From contig CANQHG010000007.1 in assembly GCA_947623655.1 (NCBI GenBank), positions 20,390-84,389 on the forward strand: a stretch of DNA of 64,000 bases, given 5' to 3'. The notes beneath the pieces were generated by a model. The model was not told the origin of the DNA and made no database searches. It saw only the letters and a program-made list of their open reading frames with translations. The DNA comes from an uncultured Clostridia bacterium. GTDB taxonomy: Bacteria; Bacillota; Clostridia; Christensenellales; Borkfalkiaceae. A program made the translations under genes and the position numbers. Shown piece after piece: positions 10,259 through 19,966 of the stretch. The first letter of the stretch is position 1. Each line of letters opens with the position of its first letter.

Positions 10259-11035
10259 ATGTCCGAAGAAATTGTGCGTGCGGAAGGGCTCAAAAAGACT
10301 TTTTTGCTCTCCAAAAAACAGCAAAAAATTGAAAAAACAGGGGAGACAAGGCGGATTGCCGTCAATGGCCTTTCCTTTTCGGCGTATCGCGGGGAGATCT
10401 ACGGCCTCCTCGGTCCCAACGGGGCCGGCAAGACGACGACGCTCCGCATGCTCTCCACACTCATCAGACCGGATGCAGGCGACGCTTTCATTTGCGGCCA
10501 TTCCGTGGTAAAGGAGCCCGCAAAGGTGCGTGACGAGATCGGCTTCATGACGAGCGAATTAAAGCTTGAGGGCTTTTTCACACCCGACTATCTCTTCGAT
10601 TTTTTCGGCGCCATGCACGGCGTGGACAAAAATACGCTTCAACAAAGAAAAAGAGATCTGTTTTCAAAGTTCGGCATCGATAAGTTCGCTGAGGTACAGG
10701 TCAAAAACCTTTCGACGGGCATGTTGCAAAAGGTCTCTCTCGTCATTTCTATTGTTCACGACCCGACCGTCGTGATCTTCGATGAACCCACGAACGGGCT
10801 TGACGTGCTCACGGCAAAGGTTGTCACAGATTTTCTTGCCGAGTTGAAAGCGATGGGGAAGAGCATTCTCTTGTCCACTCATATCTTTTCTCTTGTCGAA
10901 AAGCTATGCGATCGTGTGGGCATTATTTTCGACGGGAAAATGGCGGCCGAGGGCCCGCTTGAAGAGATCGCAAAGGGAGACCTTGAGAAGAGCTTTTTCG
11001 ATCTGTATTACAGCATCAAGGGGGAAATGGTATGA
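10259..11035 (+). CDS. ABC transporter ATP-binding protein
   Basis: Walker A GPNGAGKTTT, signature LSTGMLQKV, Walker B VVIFDEPTNGLD. Confidence 0.92.
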   Translation: MSEEIVRAEGLKKTFLLSKKQQKIEKTGETRRIAVNGLSFSAYRGEIYGLLGPNGAGKTTTLRMLSTLIRPDAGDAFICGHSVVKEPAKVRDEIGFMTSELKLEGFFTPDYLFDFFGAMHGVDKNTLQQRKRDLFSKFGIDKFAEVQVKNLSTGMLQKVSLVISIVHDPTVVIFDEPTNGLDVLTAKVVTDFLAELKAMGKSILLSTHIFSLVEKLCDRVGIIFDGKMAAEGPLEEIAKGDLEKSFFDLYYSIKGEMV

Positions 11036-12144
11036 AACTGTTGGCGCTCATTAAGAAAGAATTTCACCGTTTCTTTCATGACCCGCGGCTCATTATCACC
11101 ATGCTTCTCCCCGGGATCGTCATCTTTTTGCTCTACACGGTCATGGGCGAGGCCATTCATGCGGAACCCTCGACCTATGATTATAAAGTCTATGTGCAGG
11201 GGGAGGCTCCTGCCGTCACTTCTTTGATCGAAGCGGTTGTCAAAGAGAGTAAAAACACCGTCGAATGGCTTCCGCTCGAGGACATGGATACGGCGAAAAA
11301 GCAAGTGGAAGAGGGGGAGAAGACCGCCATTCTCACTTTTACGGAGAATTTTGAAGAACTTCCCGAAAACAGCGCCGTCTCTATCGTCTACGACCCCATG
11401 GATGAGGCGGGAAGCGAGTTTTATGCGGCCACTGTGGCTGTTCTGGAGAGGATTGGCATGAAATTTTCCATCCATTCCGAGCCGCTCGCCTCGGAGGAGC
11501 ACATCGGCCGGGAGATCATGCAACAAATCCTGCCTTTTATCATTGTGTGTTTTGTGTTTTCGGCTTGCATGTCTGTCACGCTCGAATCGGTCGCAGGAGA
11601 GAAAGAGCGGGGAACGTTATCGACCATTCTTGTCACTTCGGCAAAGCGTTCGCATATCGCTCTCGGGAAAATTATCCCGCTCGCCTGTTTTTCCATGCTC
11701 GGAGCGCTCTCAAGTTTCCTTGGCGTCGTTCTCTCGATGCCAAAACTCATGGGGCTTTCGGTGGGGATGCTCGGCGGATACGGGTTCGGGACGTACGTTC
11801 TTCTGTTTTTGCTCATTATCAGTTTTGTTCCACTCATCGTAGCGCTCATTTCAACGATCTCCACGGCGGCGCGTTCGGTGAAGGAGGCCTCTGCCTATAC
11901 AAGCGTCCTCATGATCTTCGTCATGGTCCTCTCGCTTGTGACGGCGTTTCTGCCCGCCATCGGGAACTGGGCCGTCGCCATCCCCGTGCTCAATGCCGTC
12001 GTCTTTATGCAACAGCTCCTCGCGGGAGCTCTCCCCGTGTGGCAGGCGCTTGTGAGCGTCGGGGCGAACCTTCTCTATACGGCCGCCCTTGTCTTGGCGA
12101 TGACGAAGATGCTTTCCAGCGAAAAAATCATGTTCGGGAAATAA
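11032..12144 (+). CDS. ABC-2 type transporter permease (NatB-like)
   Basis: ATGA overlap with the ATPase gene. One N-terminal TM, a large extracytoplasmic loop and a C-terminal multi-TM bundle, typical of ABC-2 permeases. Confidence 0.8.
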   Translation: MKLLALIKKEFHRFFHDPRLIITMLLPGIVIFLLYTVMGEAIHAEPSTYDYKVYVQGEAPAVTSLIEAVVKESKNTVEWLPLEDMDTAKKQVEEGEKTAILTFTENFEELPENSAVSIVYDPMDEAGSEFYAATVAVLERIGMKFSIHSEPLASEEHIGREIMQQILPFIIVCFVFSACMSVTLESVAGEKERGTLSTILVTSAKRSHIALGKIIPLACFSMLGALSSFLGVVLSMPKLMGLSVGMLGGYGFGTYVLLFLLIISFVPLIVALISTISTAARSVKEASAYTSVLMIFVMVLSLVTAFLPAIGNWAVAIPVLNAVVFMQQLLAGALPVWQALVSVGANLLYTAALVLAMTKMLSSEKIMFGK

Positions 12145-12148
12145 ACGT

Positions 12149-13387
12149 ATGGACGAATTTTTAAAGCTTTATCTTACGGGAAAACGGGCGGAGGATCTGA
12201 AAAAATTCAACCATTTCCGCACGGTCATCGCCCTTTTGGGGGCATTATTTGCCGTGATCCCCGTATTTATCAATCTTTTTGGAGCAAAAAACGCTCCCTT
12301 GAGCATTGTCTTTACCGTGCTCGGTTTTCTTTTGGAAACCGCGGCGGCCGTCCTTTCTTTCGTACAGAAAAAGTTTGTCGGTGCGCTTGTTGAGCTTGAG
12401 AATGCCGCGATTGAGATCGAAAAAGAGGGGGAAGAGCGGGAAAATTACAAAAAGCTCTATGAGGTCTGGCTAGAAACTTTCGAGAAACAGGATCTCCGCA
12501 TGGTATTCTCGGCCGTATTTACGGTACTTGGATTTGCGATCCTCGCCGCGGCCGTGCTAATTTCGACATATATGGAACTTCCCGAGATTGTCTTGCCCAT
12601 TGCGTGCATCGTCGCCGCCGTCGTTCTCACGACCCCCGCATTCATGCAAGCGACGGGCGAGGCGAAGGCGCGGGCTCTGCTCTATGAAAAGGCGGGGCGG
12701 GAGATCGACGAGATCAAGCGCAGTAAATTCGGCATTTCCGAAAGGAAGATCTTTTCGCAGTCCGAAAATGCCCGCGGCTATTCGATGCTTCCCGTGCCCG
12801 TTGCGATGTTTTTGAAGGACGGGACGGAAAGTGAGGACTTCCGCATCGTCAACAAGCGGAGCGGTATCGTCGCCGCCTTTCTCGGCCTCGTCTTTGTCGC
12901 CTTGATCTTTTTGATGGGATTCTGGGAGGAAATGGAGCCGACGGTCGCGTGGACGGTCATATTGAGCGTGTTTGCGGCCGCGATTGTGCTCTTTTTCGTG
13001 CTCGCCCTTCCACTTGAGGGCAGAAAGAAGGGGATCTACAGAAGAAATGAGCAAAAACTCACGGACAGCCGCGCAGATACCCTCCGCCGACAGCTGCAGG
13101 GCGCGTGGATCGCACAGCAGAGAAGGGGAAACATCATGTTTCTGTGCTTTCTGCTTGCGCCTCTTTTCATCGGCGTTATCTACGGGATCATCGGCCATGC
13201 GCTGGGGTATGAGCTCAGCCTCATCGTCGCGATCGGGTCAACGTTTATGATATGTCTCATTCCCGCGGCGATCGTTTCCTTGATCATTTGGACCATCATG
13301 TACGCCGTTTACCGCAAGCACGTGCGCCCGACGGAGGCCGAACTTCAAAAAATACTCGAAGAGGAGAGACCGGATGAACGACGGTGA
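12149..13387 (+). CDS. Hypothetical polytopic membrane protein
   Basis: 412-aa ORF starting 5 nt after the permease stop. Several hydrophobic helices separated by charged helical linkers. No family recognised. Confidence 0.55.
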   Translation: MDEFLKLYLTGKRAEDLKKFNHFRTVIALLGALFAVIPVFINLFGAKNAPLSIVFTVLGFLLETAAAVLSFVQKKFVGALVELENAAIEIEKEGEERENYKKLYEVWLETFEKQDLRMVFSAVFTVLGFAILAAAVLISTYMELPEIVLPIACIVAAVVLTTPAFMQATGEAKARALLYEKAGREIDEIKRSKFGISERKIFSQSENARGYSMLPVPVAMFLKDGTESEDFRIVNKRSGIVAAFLGLVFVALIFLMGFWEEMEPTVAWTVILSVFAAAIVLFFVLALPLEGRKKGIYRRNEQKLTDSRADTLRRQLQGAWIAQQRRGNIMFLCFLLAPLFIGVIYGIIGHALGYELSLIVAIGSTFMICLIPAAIVSLIIWTIMYAVYRKHVRPTEAELQKILEEERPDERR

Positions 13388-13562
13388 TAAGAGCAAAAAA
13401 CAGGTGCCGCTACGGCTCAGCCCGTCGCTCTACGCAGAGCTTTCAAAGTGGGCGGAGGAGGATTTCCGCTCGCTCAACGGGCAGATAGAATATCTTCTCT
13501 CGAACTGCGTCAAAAAGCGCAGAGGGGGGAAATATGCCAAAAAAGAGGAGGATGACGTATAA
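13374..13562 (+). CDS. Arc/CopG-like ribbon-helix-helix DNA-binding protein
   Basis: 62 aa. VPLRLSPSLYAELSKWAEEDFRSLNGQIEYLL fits the RHH beta-strand plus two-helix pattern. Overlaps the upstream gene by 14 nt. Confidence 0.6.
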   Translation: MNDGDKSKKQVPLRLSPSLYAELSKWAEEDFRSLNGQIEYLLSNCVKKRRGGKYAKKEEDDV

Positions 13563-13950
13563 TTCTCCCCGTTTTTGCCGTTTTGAAAAGTATTATGTCA
13601 GACATAAGATATGTCAAATCATAATTTGTTGCCCTTAAAGGAGCTTTTATGCCCATATCTTCAGGGATCGCGCTCGGCGTCAATGTTGCGCTGATCGTTA
13701 TATAGGCCATTTTCTTTGCGTGCGGATCCGTATCGTTTCGAGGAGCTTTGTCTACACGGTCAAAGGGAAACAGGTCGTTGTTTGTTTCAGTTTCAAAAAC
13801 GGGGCGCAGATTTTTGTGAACGGCTGACTCGAGGAGTAGTTTTAGGATGCCCATGCTTCCCGTTTTACGCTCCGTGCCACGATCGATGGGAAGGAATTCA
13901 AGGCCCATATCTCGATCGGCTTTTCCGTCAAGGTCGAAGCCTATTATCAT
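13510..13950 (-). CDS. Hypothetical protein (orphan, 146 aa)
   Basis: ATG preceded by AAAGGAGAG on the minus strand. No family recognised. Its 3' end overlaps the convergent RHH gene by 53 nt, so the true stop or extent is uncertain. Confidence 0.4.
   Translation of the reverse strand: MIIGFDLDGKADRDMGLEFLPIDRGTERKTGSMGILKLLLESAVHKNLRPVFETETNNDLFPFDRVDKAPRNDTDPHAKKMAYITISATLTPSAIPEDMGIKAPLRATNYDLTYLMSDIILFKTAKTGRIIRHPPLFWHISPLCAF
13583..13611 (+). repeat. Dispersed motif, degenerate copy B (TTGAAAAGTATTATGTCAGACATAAGATA)
   Basis: 24 of 29 positions match copy A. Contains the perfect 7-1-7 palindrome TTATGTC-A-GACATAA. Confidence 0.7.
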
Positions 13951-14039
13951 GGCACTCTCCTTTCACCCGATTCGGTCGGTAAGTAATCGATACCATGAAA
14001 AAGACCCGCCATCGGCGGGTCTTTCTTATGGGAAAAAAT

Positions 14040-14230
14040 TTAGATCCGTAAGTTTTATGGGATTCTTCGGTCGCTACGCTCCCTCAGATTGAGCGGCCAC
14101 GCTGCGACCCGCCCCGCTCCTGAGCAATCGCGTTCATCCTGAGCGTAGCGAAGGATCTCATAAACCTACGGGACTCCACTTCGTATGAGGAGATTCTTCG
14201 GCCCACAAGGGGCCTCAGAATGAGCGAAGA
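14040..14230. repeat. REP/MITE-like cluster of GC-rich imperfect palindromes
   Basis: Arms of about 45 bp at 14042-14085 and 14134-14178 are reverse complements (GATTCTTCGGTCGCTACGCTCCCTCAG vs CCTGAGCGTAGCGAAGGATC). A further hairpin is ATTCTTCGGCCCACAAGGGGCCTCAGAAT. Intergenic. Confidence 0.65.
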
Positions 14231-14236
14231 GGCGAA

Positions 14237-15964
14237 TTAAGCTCTTTCTTCTTTGACCTTTTTGTAGCCCTTTTGGGGGCCGAGGCGGAATAGGTCGATC
14301 TTACTTCCGAATTTGAGCAGGAGGACTGCAGCGGCGATCGCAACGACGGAGACAACGATCACAATGATCGTCCACGGCTCGAGTGTTTCGGCTTTTACGC
14401 GCGACCAAAGCTCATTGATACGGATGCTCGCCGCTTCGTCGTAGTAATCCATGACAGCGCTGCGGGCAATGACGTCTTCGGGGGGAAATTGTGCGAAGAG
14501 CTGACGTTTTTCGGCCTGTTCTGGCTCTGCGGGAATGCTCACATACTCGTCTTCGGCGTGGTTCTCCCCGAAGAAGAAGTAGCTCAGATCGTAATCGACG
14601 GGTTCATCGTACTCCTCACCTTCCTCAAATTCATCCTCGGGGTAGTATCCATAGAGATAATCGGCGTAGTCGAGCATCTCGAATTCTTCGCCTGAGATGA
14701 CGGATGTGTAACCGATATAATAGCTATTTCGCATGGCATTCTGCGGCATGGACATGAAGTTGACGAATGCCTGCGCCGCTTTTTTGTTGGCGCCCTTCGG
14801 CATGACCCATCCGTCGAAGAACAGGTTTGATCCCGCTTCGGGAACAAAGTAGTTGAGATATGCCGTCTTTTCGTCTTCGCCGTCTTCACTTTTTCCGCTC
14901 TCAGCGAGGTCGAGCGCGTATACGGCGTCACCGCTCCACGCATAGTTGAGCCAGATCTTGCCGTTTACCATATCGGATTTTCCCGTATCCGTTTCAAAGC
15001 TGTAGATGTTGCTCTTGATATCCATAAGTGTGGGCTCGACGGCGCCGATCGTTCCGTCGTCCGTTGCATTGAAAATCGCCGTGAGCTTGGGAATGTAGTC
15101 GTCGGCCGCTCTGTCGAGAGACAAGAGTTCGTCTTGATAGGTGACGCCGAGGGCGGCAAAATAGGTGTCGCGCACATTGTCTTTTGCGGTGATCTTGCTC
15201 TTGAAGCGGGAGTCGGTAAAGACGTCCCAACCAAGCGTTTCAAGTGTGTCTTCGGCAATGCCTGCCGCTTCGAGGGCTGCGGGATTGTACACAAAGCCCG
15301 TCGTTCCCCACATATATCCCGCCGCATAATCCTGCCAATAGATCGCGCCGCCGTCCGGATCGCTTCTGATCTCGAGTCCCGCATTCGTCGCAAATTTTTC
15401 GGCAATGAAAGGGGAGACGTTCCGCACATAGTAATTTTCGGGAATTGTCTCGTCGAAGAATGTTTCGTCGTACTTTTCAAGTCTTCCTTCCGCCGCAAGC
15501 TTCATGATCATATAGTCGGAAGGGCACAGAAGATCGTATTCGTTACCGAGGATGATCTCGTTGTACATATCCTCGTTGGTGCCGAACGTGGAATATTCCA
15601 CCTGTATTTTTTGTCCATATGTGCGTTCGTACCATTCGCAGAAATCGTCGAGAATGCGCGGACCCTCTTCGGAGAGGGCGTGTCCCATCGTCTCCTCATA
15701 CCATGCTTTGTAATCGTCGTCCACGATGTCCGATTCGATGTGGATATGATCGCCGTTTTCGTCGAGAAGGGGATCGCCGTTCTCGTCGAGCTCATGGAGT
15801 TCGTCGAAAATGAATGTTTTTTCGCCGCCCTCGTCGATGTATTCCTCCCAATTATAGACGCGGAGCGTAATGACGTCTTCGCCGCCGCAACCTGTAAGCG
15901 TTGCAAGCGTGGGGAGCAGCATAGCGCCTGCGAGGGCAAGACTGAAAATTTTATTCCTTTTCAT
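14237..15964 (-). CDS. potD: Spermidine/putrescine ABC transporter substrate-binding lipoprotein, extended form
   Basis: Lipobox LTGCGG and a PotD-like core (YNWEEYI, LLCPSDYM). Has acidic insertions and a C-terminal hydrophobic helix. Last gene of the potABCD operon. Confidence 0.8.
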   Translation of the reverse strand: MKRNKIFSLALAGAMLLPTLATLTGCGGEDVITLRVYNWEEYIDEGGEKTFIFDELHELDENGDPLLDENGDHIHIESDIVDDDYKAWYEETMGHALSEEGPRILDDFCEWYERTYGQKIQVEYSTFGTNEDMYNEIILGNEYDLLCPSDYMIMKLAAEGRLEKYDETFFDETIPENYYVRNVSPFIAEKFATNAGLEIRSDPDGGAIYWQDYAAGYMWGTTGFVYNPAALEAAGIAEDTLETLGWDVFTDSRFKSKITAKDNVRDTYFAALGVTYQDELLSLDRAADDYIPKLTAIFNATDDGTIGAVEPTLMDIKSNIYSFETDTGKSDMVNGKIWLNYAWSGDAVYALDLAESGKSEDGEDEKTAYLNYFVPEAGSNLFFDGWVMPKGANKKAAQAFVNFMSMPQNAMRNSYYIGYTSVISGEEFEMLDYADYLYGYYPEDEFEEGEEYDEPVDYDLSYFFFGENHAEDEYVSIPAEPEQAEKRQLFAQFPPEDVIARSAVMDYYDEAASIRINELWSRVKAETLEPWTIIVIVVSVVAIAAAVLLLKFGSKIDLFRLGPQKGYKKVKEERA

Positions 15965-16773
15965 TTGTCTGCCTCCTTTTTCTTGCGGCCGGCAAGATTG
16001 GATATGAGTACGAACAGCACGATGACGACGAAAATGATCGTCGTGAGCGCCCAGAAAGAGGAAAGGGTCACTGCCGTGTGTGCGTTGCCTTTCATTGTGG
16101 CATTGAAGACGTATGTGGAGATAGTCTCAAAGCCGGCCGGGCGGGTGTAGACGGTGACGATATAATCGTCGAGCGAAAGCGTGACGGCCAGCATGAACCC
16201 CGAAATGACCCCGGGGATGATTTGCGGCAACACGACCTGCATGAGCGCTTTAAAGGGGCTTGCGCCGAGGTCGAGCGCGGCTTCGTAGAGGGAGTTATCC
16301 ATCTGTTTGAGCTTCGGCATGACGGAAAGCACGACAAAGGGCGTGCATATGACCATATGTCCGATGAGAAGGGTGAAATAGGATTTTCCGAGCCCGACCG
16401 CAACAAAGGTAACGGCAAGCGCGAGCGCCGTGACGATTTCGGCATTGATGACGGGGATCTGTGAAACCGCGTGGATGGCCGTCTTTGTGCGTTTTTTACA
16501 GTAAAACATGCCAAGCGCACCCATCGTGCCGAGCACGGTTGAGAGCGTCGCCGCGATGAATGCGAGCAGAAAAGTGTTCCCGATCATGCCGAGCACTTTG
16601 GAATTGGTGAAGAGGTCGGCGTAGTGTTTGAATGAGAAGCCCTGAAACCGTCCGATCATGTCCGTTTTGTCGAAGCTGTAGACGGCGAGGAGAAGAATGG
16701 GGAGATAGAGAAGAAGTAGTACAAGCCCCACAAATCCGGCTTTGAGGCATTTTGAAAGGATAGGGTGCTTCAT
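15961..16773 (-). CDS. potC: Spermidine/putrescine ABC transporter permease PotC
   Basis: MetI-type permease with EAALDLGASPFKA (EAA motif). ATGA overlaps with potB and potD. Internal ATG chosen because the longer ORF overlaps potB. Confidence 0.87.
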   Translation of the reverse strand: MKHPILSKCLKAGFVGLVLLLLYLPILLLAVYSFDKTDMIGRFQGFSFKHYADLFTNSKVLGMIGNTFLLAFIAATLSTVLGTMGALGMFYCKKRTKTAIHAVSQIPVINAEIVTALALAVTFVAVGLGKSYFTLLIGHMVICTPFVVLSVMPKLKQMDNSLYEAALDLGASPFKALMQVVLPQIIPGVISGFMLAVTLSLDDYIVTVYTRPAGFETISTYVFNATMKGNAHTAVTLSSFWALTTIIFVVIVLFVLISNLAGRKKKEADK

Positions 16774-17579
16774 AAATTCGTCCCCCTTACATTTTCTTCC
16801 GATTTGAACCCGCCCGAGAGCAGGGTAGACACAAATACGACGATGAGAAGCACGAGGGCGACCATAGAGCCCATGTGCCAATCAGAGCCGAAATATTCAT
16901 AGATGAACTTGCCGATGATCGTCACTTTCGCGTTTCCGAGCATATCGGAGACGACGTAGTTTGTCATGGAAGGAAGAAAGACCATTGTAACGCCGCTCAT
17001 GATGCCGGGCATCGAGAGGGGAAGCGTGATACGGAAAAACGTCGTAAACGCATTCCCGCCGAGATCTGCGCTCGCCTCATAAAGAGATGTGTCGATCTTG
17101 AGCATCGTCGTGTATAGGGGCAGAATCATAAAAGGCAGAAAGTCATAGACCATGCCGACGATCGTCTTGAAAATGTTTGCATTTTCGAGCCACGAAAGGG
17201 CTTCGCTCTGCGAAAGGAGGTTGAAGAGCTCGCGCAAGGCATTGACTCTCAAGACGAAGTTGATCCACATCGGCAACACAAAGAGCATTAAAATGACAAA
17301 CTTCTTTTTGAGTTTGCTCCGTGCGAGGATGAGCGCGACGGGGTAGGCGATGACGAGACAGATAACCGTTGTGATCAGCGCTATCACAATCGAATAGACG
17401 ATGGTGGAGAGCTTGGTCGGATCTGAAAAGAAGCGCAAAAAGTTAGAAAAGGAAAAGTGCATCTGCCTGTCTGTGAAAGCATAAAAGAGGATGACGCACA
17501 TCGGGATGATGACGAAAAAGACGAGGAACACCGCATAGGGAATGCACAGCGTTTTTCTTGAGAAACGGGGGAGCTTCAT
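16770..17579 (-). CDS. potB: Spermidine/putrescine ABC transporter permease PotB
   Basis: EAA motif [15 protein letters not shown] and six TM helices. Overlaps the potA stop. Confidence 0.87.
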   Translation of the reverse strand: MKLPRFSRKTLCIPYAVFLVFFVIIPMCVILFYAFTDRQMHFSFSNFLRFFSDPTKLSTIVYSIVIALITTVICLVIAYPVALILARSKLKKKFVILMLFVLPMWINFVLRVNALRELFNLLSQSEALSWLENANIFKTIVGMVYDFLPFMILPLYTTMLKIDTSLYEASADLGGNAFTTFFRITLPLSMPGIMSGVTMVFLPSMTNYVVSDMLGNAKVTIIGKFIYEYFGSDWHMGSMVALVLLIVVFVSTLLSGGFKSEENVRGTNL

Positions 17580-19084
17580 GCCTCATCCTCCTTGCCCTTG
17601 GGCTTCAGGGTGAGCTTGATCTTATCTCGGGGAATGATGACGGACACATAGTCGTTTTCGTTCCAGAGATCTTCGGTGGAAAAGACGAAATCTTCCTCGT
17701 TTTCTTCCGTTCTGACGATGAGACGGTAGTGGTCGCCCTTGTAGATGATGGAGATGATGTGTCCCATGACGCCGCCTGCGTCCTCTTCGTCGCTGATCGT
17801 GATGTCGTTAAGCCCGACCTCGACGCGAACTTCCGTATCCGTGAGATCGATCTTTTCGCCCTCTTTGGTGATCAGATACTCTTCCTCGTCGATATGGCTT
17901 CCCGGATAGAGGCTCGTGACGTCGCATTCCCACTCGCCGTCGCCGAAGCGGACGGTATTGTGTTTGGTGATGATACCATCGTAGACGTTTGTCGTAAATT
18001 TGGGCTTCATGAGGTGAATCTCGTCGGGAGCGATCTTCATGCCGATTTTCTCGCCAACTTTTCGGCACTCGGTGGAGTTGATGACAAACTCATATTTCCC
18101 AACTTGCACTGTTATCTCATAGTGGATACCCTTGAAGACAACGGAAATGACTTCGCCCGTGAGCATACCATCTTCGGGGGCGCACATGCGGATATCTTCG
18201 GGGCGGACCACGACGTCTACGGGTTCGTTGACGGGAAAATCGTCCACACAGGCAAAATCTTTGCCGCAAAAACGCACTTTATGCTGCCCGACGACTGTCC
18301 CGTTCATGATGTTGCTTTCGCCGATGAAGTCTGCGACGAAAGTGTTTGCGGGCTCGTTATAGACGTCGGTGGGGGTGCCAATCTGCTGGACCACGCCGTC
18401 CGACATGACGACAACGGTGTCGGACATTGTGAGAGCCTCCTCCTGATCGTGCGTGACATAAATGAAAGTGATCCCGAGACGCTTGTGCATCTTCTTGAGC
18501 TCGATCTGCATCTCTTTCCTCATCTTTAAGTCAAGAGCGCCGAGCGGCTCGTCCAAAAGGAGAATCTCCGGTTCGTTGACGATGGCGCGGGCAATGGCGA
18601 CGCGCTGTTGCTGGCCGCCCGAAAGGGTGGAAATAGAACGCTTTTCAAAGCCCTCGAGGTCTACAATCTCGAGCGCCTTTTTTACTTTGGCGGCGATCTC
18701 CTTTTTTGTCAGTCTCTCTTTTTTTGTGTACTCTTCGCCCTTATCGTTGCGGTAAGTGTTGATGACGCGCTTGCATTTCAGCCCGAACGCGATGTTTTCA
18801 TATACGTTCAGATGAGGGAAGAGCGCATACCGCTGGAAGACGGTGTTCACGGGCCGCTTGTTGGGGGGGAGAGAGGAAATATCTTTCCCGTTCAGAAGAA
18901 TCTGCCCGCTCGTGGGAAGTTCAAATCCCGCGATCATGCGGAGCGTCGTCGTCTTGCCGCACCCCGACGGGCCCAAAAAGGTGATGAATTCTCCCTTGTT
19001 GACATAGAAACTCATATTGTCTATGATGAGATTCTCGCCGAAGTATTTCGTGACTCCTTTCAGTTCGATGATGTGTTCCGCCAT
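17576..19084 (-). CDS. potA: Spermidine/putrescine ABC transporter ATPase PotA with an extended C-terminus
   Basis: [34 protein letters not shown]. 502 aa with two TOBE-like segments ([15 protein letters not shown] and [15 protein letters not shown]). Confidence 0.9.
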   Translation of the reverse strand: MAEHIIELKGVTKYFGENLIIDNMSFYVNKGEFITFLGPSGCGKTTTLRMIAGFELPTSGQILLNGKDISSLPPNKRPVNTVFQRYALFPHLNVYENIAFGLKCKRVINTYRNDKGEEYTKKERLTKKEIAAKVKKALEIVDLEGFEKRSISTLSGGQQQRVAIARAIVNEPEILLLDEPLGALDLKMRKEMQIELKKMHKRLGITFIYVTHDQEEALTMSDTVVVMSDGVVQQIGTPTDVYNEPANTFVADFIGESNIMNGTVVGQHKVRFCGKDFACVDDFPVNEPVDVVVRPEDIRMCAPEDGMLTGEVISVVFKGIHYEITVQVGKYEFVINSTECRKVGEKIGMKIAPDEIHLMKPKFTTNVYDGIITKHNTVRFGDGEWECDVTSLYPGSHIDEEEYLITKEGEKIDLTDTEVRVEVGLNDITISDEEDAGGVMGHIISIIYKGDHYRLIVRTEENEEDFVFSTEDLWNENDYVSVIIPRDKIKLTLKPKGKEDEA

Positions 19085-19108
19085 AGAAACCTCCTTTCGT
19101 AAAAATCT

Positions 19109-19642
19109 TTAAAAATTGGGCGGGGTGGAGATCCAGATGAATCTTGCCTTACCCTTGCCCTTGTTTACAATATAGTGTTCTTTTTTCGCCGTATAATAAA
19201 AGCTCTCGCCCTTTTTGGCGGTATATTCTCTGCCCGCGATCACGACGGCGATCCTGCCCTCCAATACATAGCCGAATTCCTCGCCTTCATGGGGAAAATC
19301 ATTCTGCGTCCGTGCCTGCGGTCCGAGCTCTACGAGCACGGGTTCCATCATGTTTTTTTGCGCGTTCGGAATGACCCAACTGAAAAGCATGCCGTCGGCT
19401 TGCTTTTCAATATATTCAGGCTCCGTAAAAACGACTTTTTCTTCCGCTTCTTCATGGAAAAAATCGGAAAGATTGCTTCCGAGTGCGTTGAGAAGATCGA
19501 CGAGGGTCGCAATAGAGGGGCTGGTGAGGTCGTTTTCGAGCTGGGAGATATAACCTTTCGTCAATTCGCAGCGGTCTGCCAACTCTTCCTGCGTCAGATT
19601 TTTTTGCTGGCGCATGTCTTTCAGCTTTGCACCAAGTTCCAT
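19109..19642 (-). CDS. XRE-family HTH regulator with a C-terminal cupin domain (PuuR-like)
   Basis: HTH LRQQKNLTQEELADRCELTKGYISQLEN plus cupin HEGEEFGYVLEG. Directly upstream of potA. Confidence 0.85.
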   Translation of the reverse strand: MELGAKLKDMRQQKNLTQEELADRCELTKGYISQLENDLTSPSIATLVDLLNALGSNLSDFFHEEAEEKVVFTEPEYIEKQADGMLFSWVIPNAQKNMMEPVLVELGPQARTQNDFPHEGEEFGYVLEGRIAVVIAGREYTAKKGESFYYTAKKEHYIVNKGKGKARFIWISTPPNF

Positions 19643-19674
19643 TTTAACACTCCATGTTTAGTAAAAATAAACTT

Positions 19675-19719
19675 TTTGATATTTTTTATCAAACTTTTGC
19701 AATAATAAACCAAAAGTTT
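19675..19719. promoter_or_regulatory. Two AT-rich inverted repeats upstream of the regulator/pot operon (candidate operators)
   Basis: TTTGATA-N5-TATCAAA (19675-19693) and AAACTTTTG-N11-CAAAAGTTT (19691-19719), 33-77 nt upstream of the regulator ATG. Confidence 0.3.
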
Positions 19720-19923
19720 AATAAAAATAAACCAAAACCGCAAAAAAGTATACTTGATATGGCGTGGAATGTCAACTGTTTTCAGGCGAATTTGTAAAAA
19801 TAATTTATAAAATATATTGAGTCACGGACGAGCTGCTCTCGCGCACGCGCGAACAATAGAATATATAGAACAAATTGAGCGGTCGTTCCGCATAAAATCA
19901 GACGTGATGGGGGAGAGAAGAGC

Positions 19924-19952
19924 ATAAAAAAAGACCTGCCGTGCGGCAGGCC
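19924..19952 (-). terminator. rpsT terminator
   Basis: The minus strand reads GGCCTGCCGCACGGCAGGTC followed by a T-run, about 15 nt after the rpsT stop. Confidence 0.65.
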
Positions 19953-19966
19953 GTGTTTTGAAAAAA

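Noticed and set aside
13716-14092. Plus-strand ORFs 13716-13982 and 13847-14092
   Set aside because: They lie antisense to a gene with a strong SD or within the REP-like palindrome cluster, and they have no SD.
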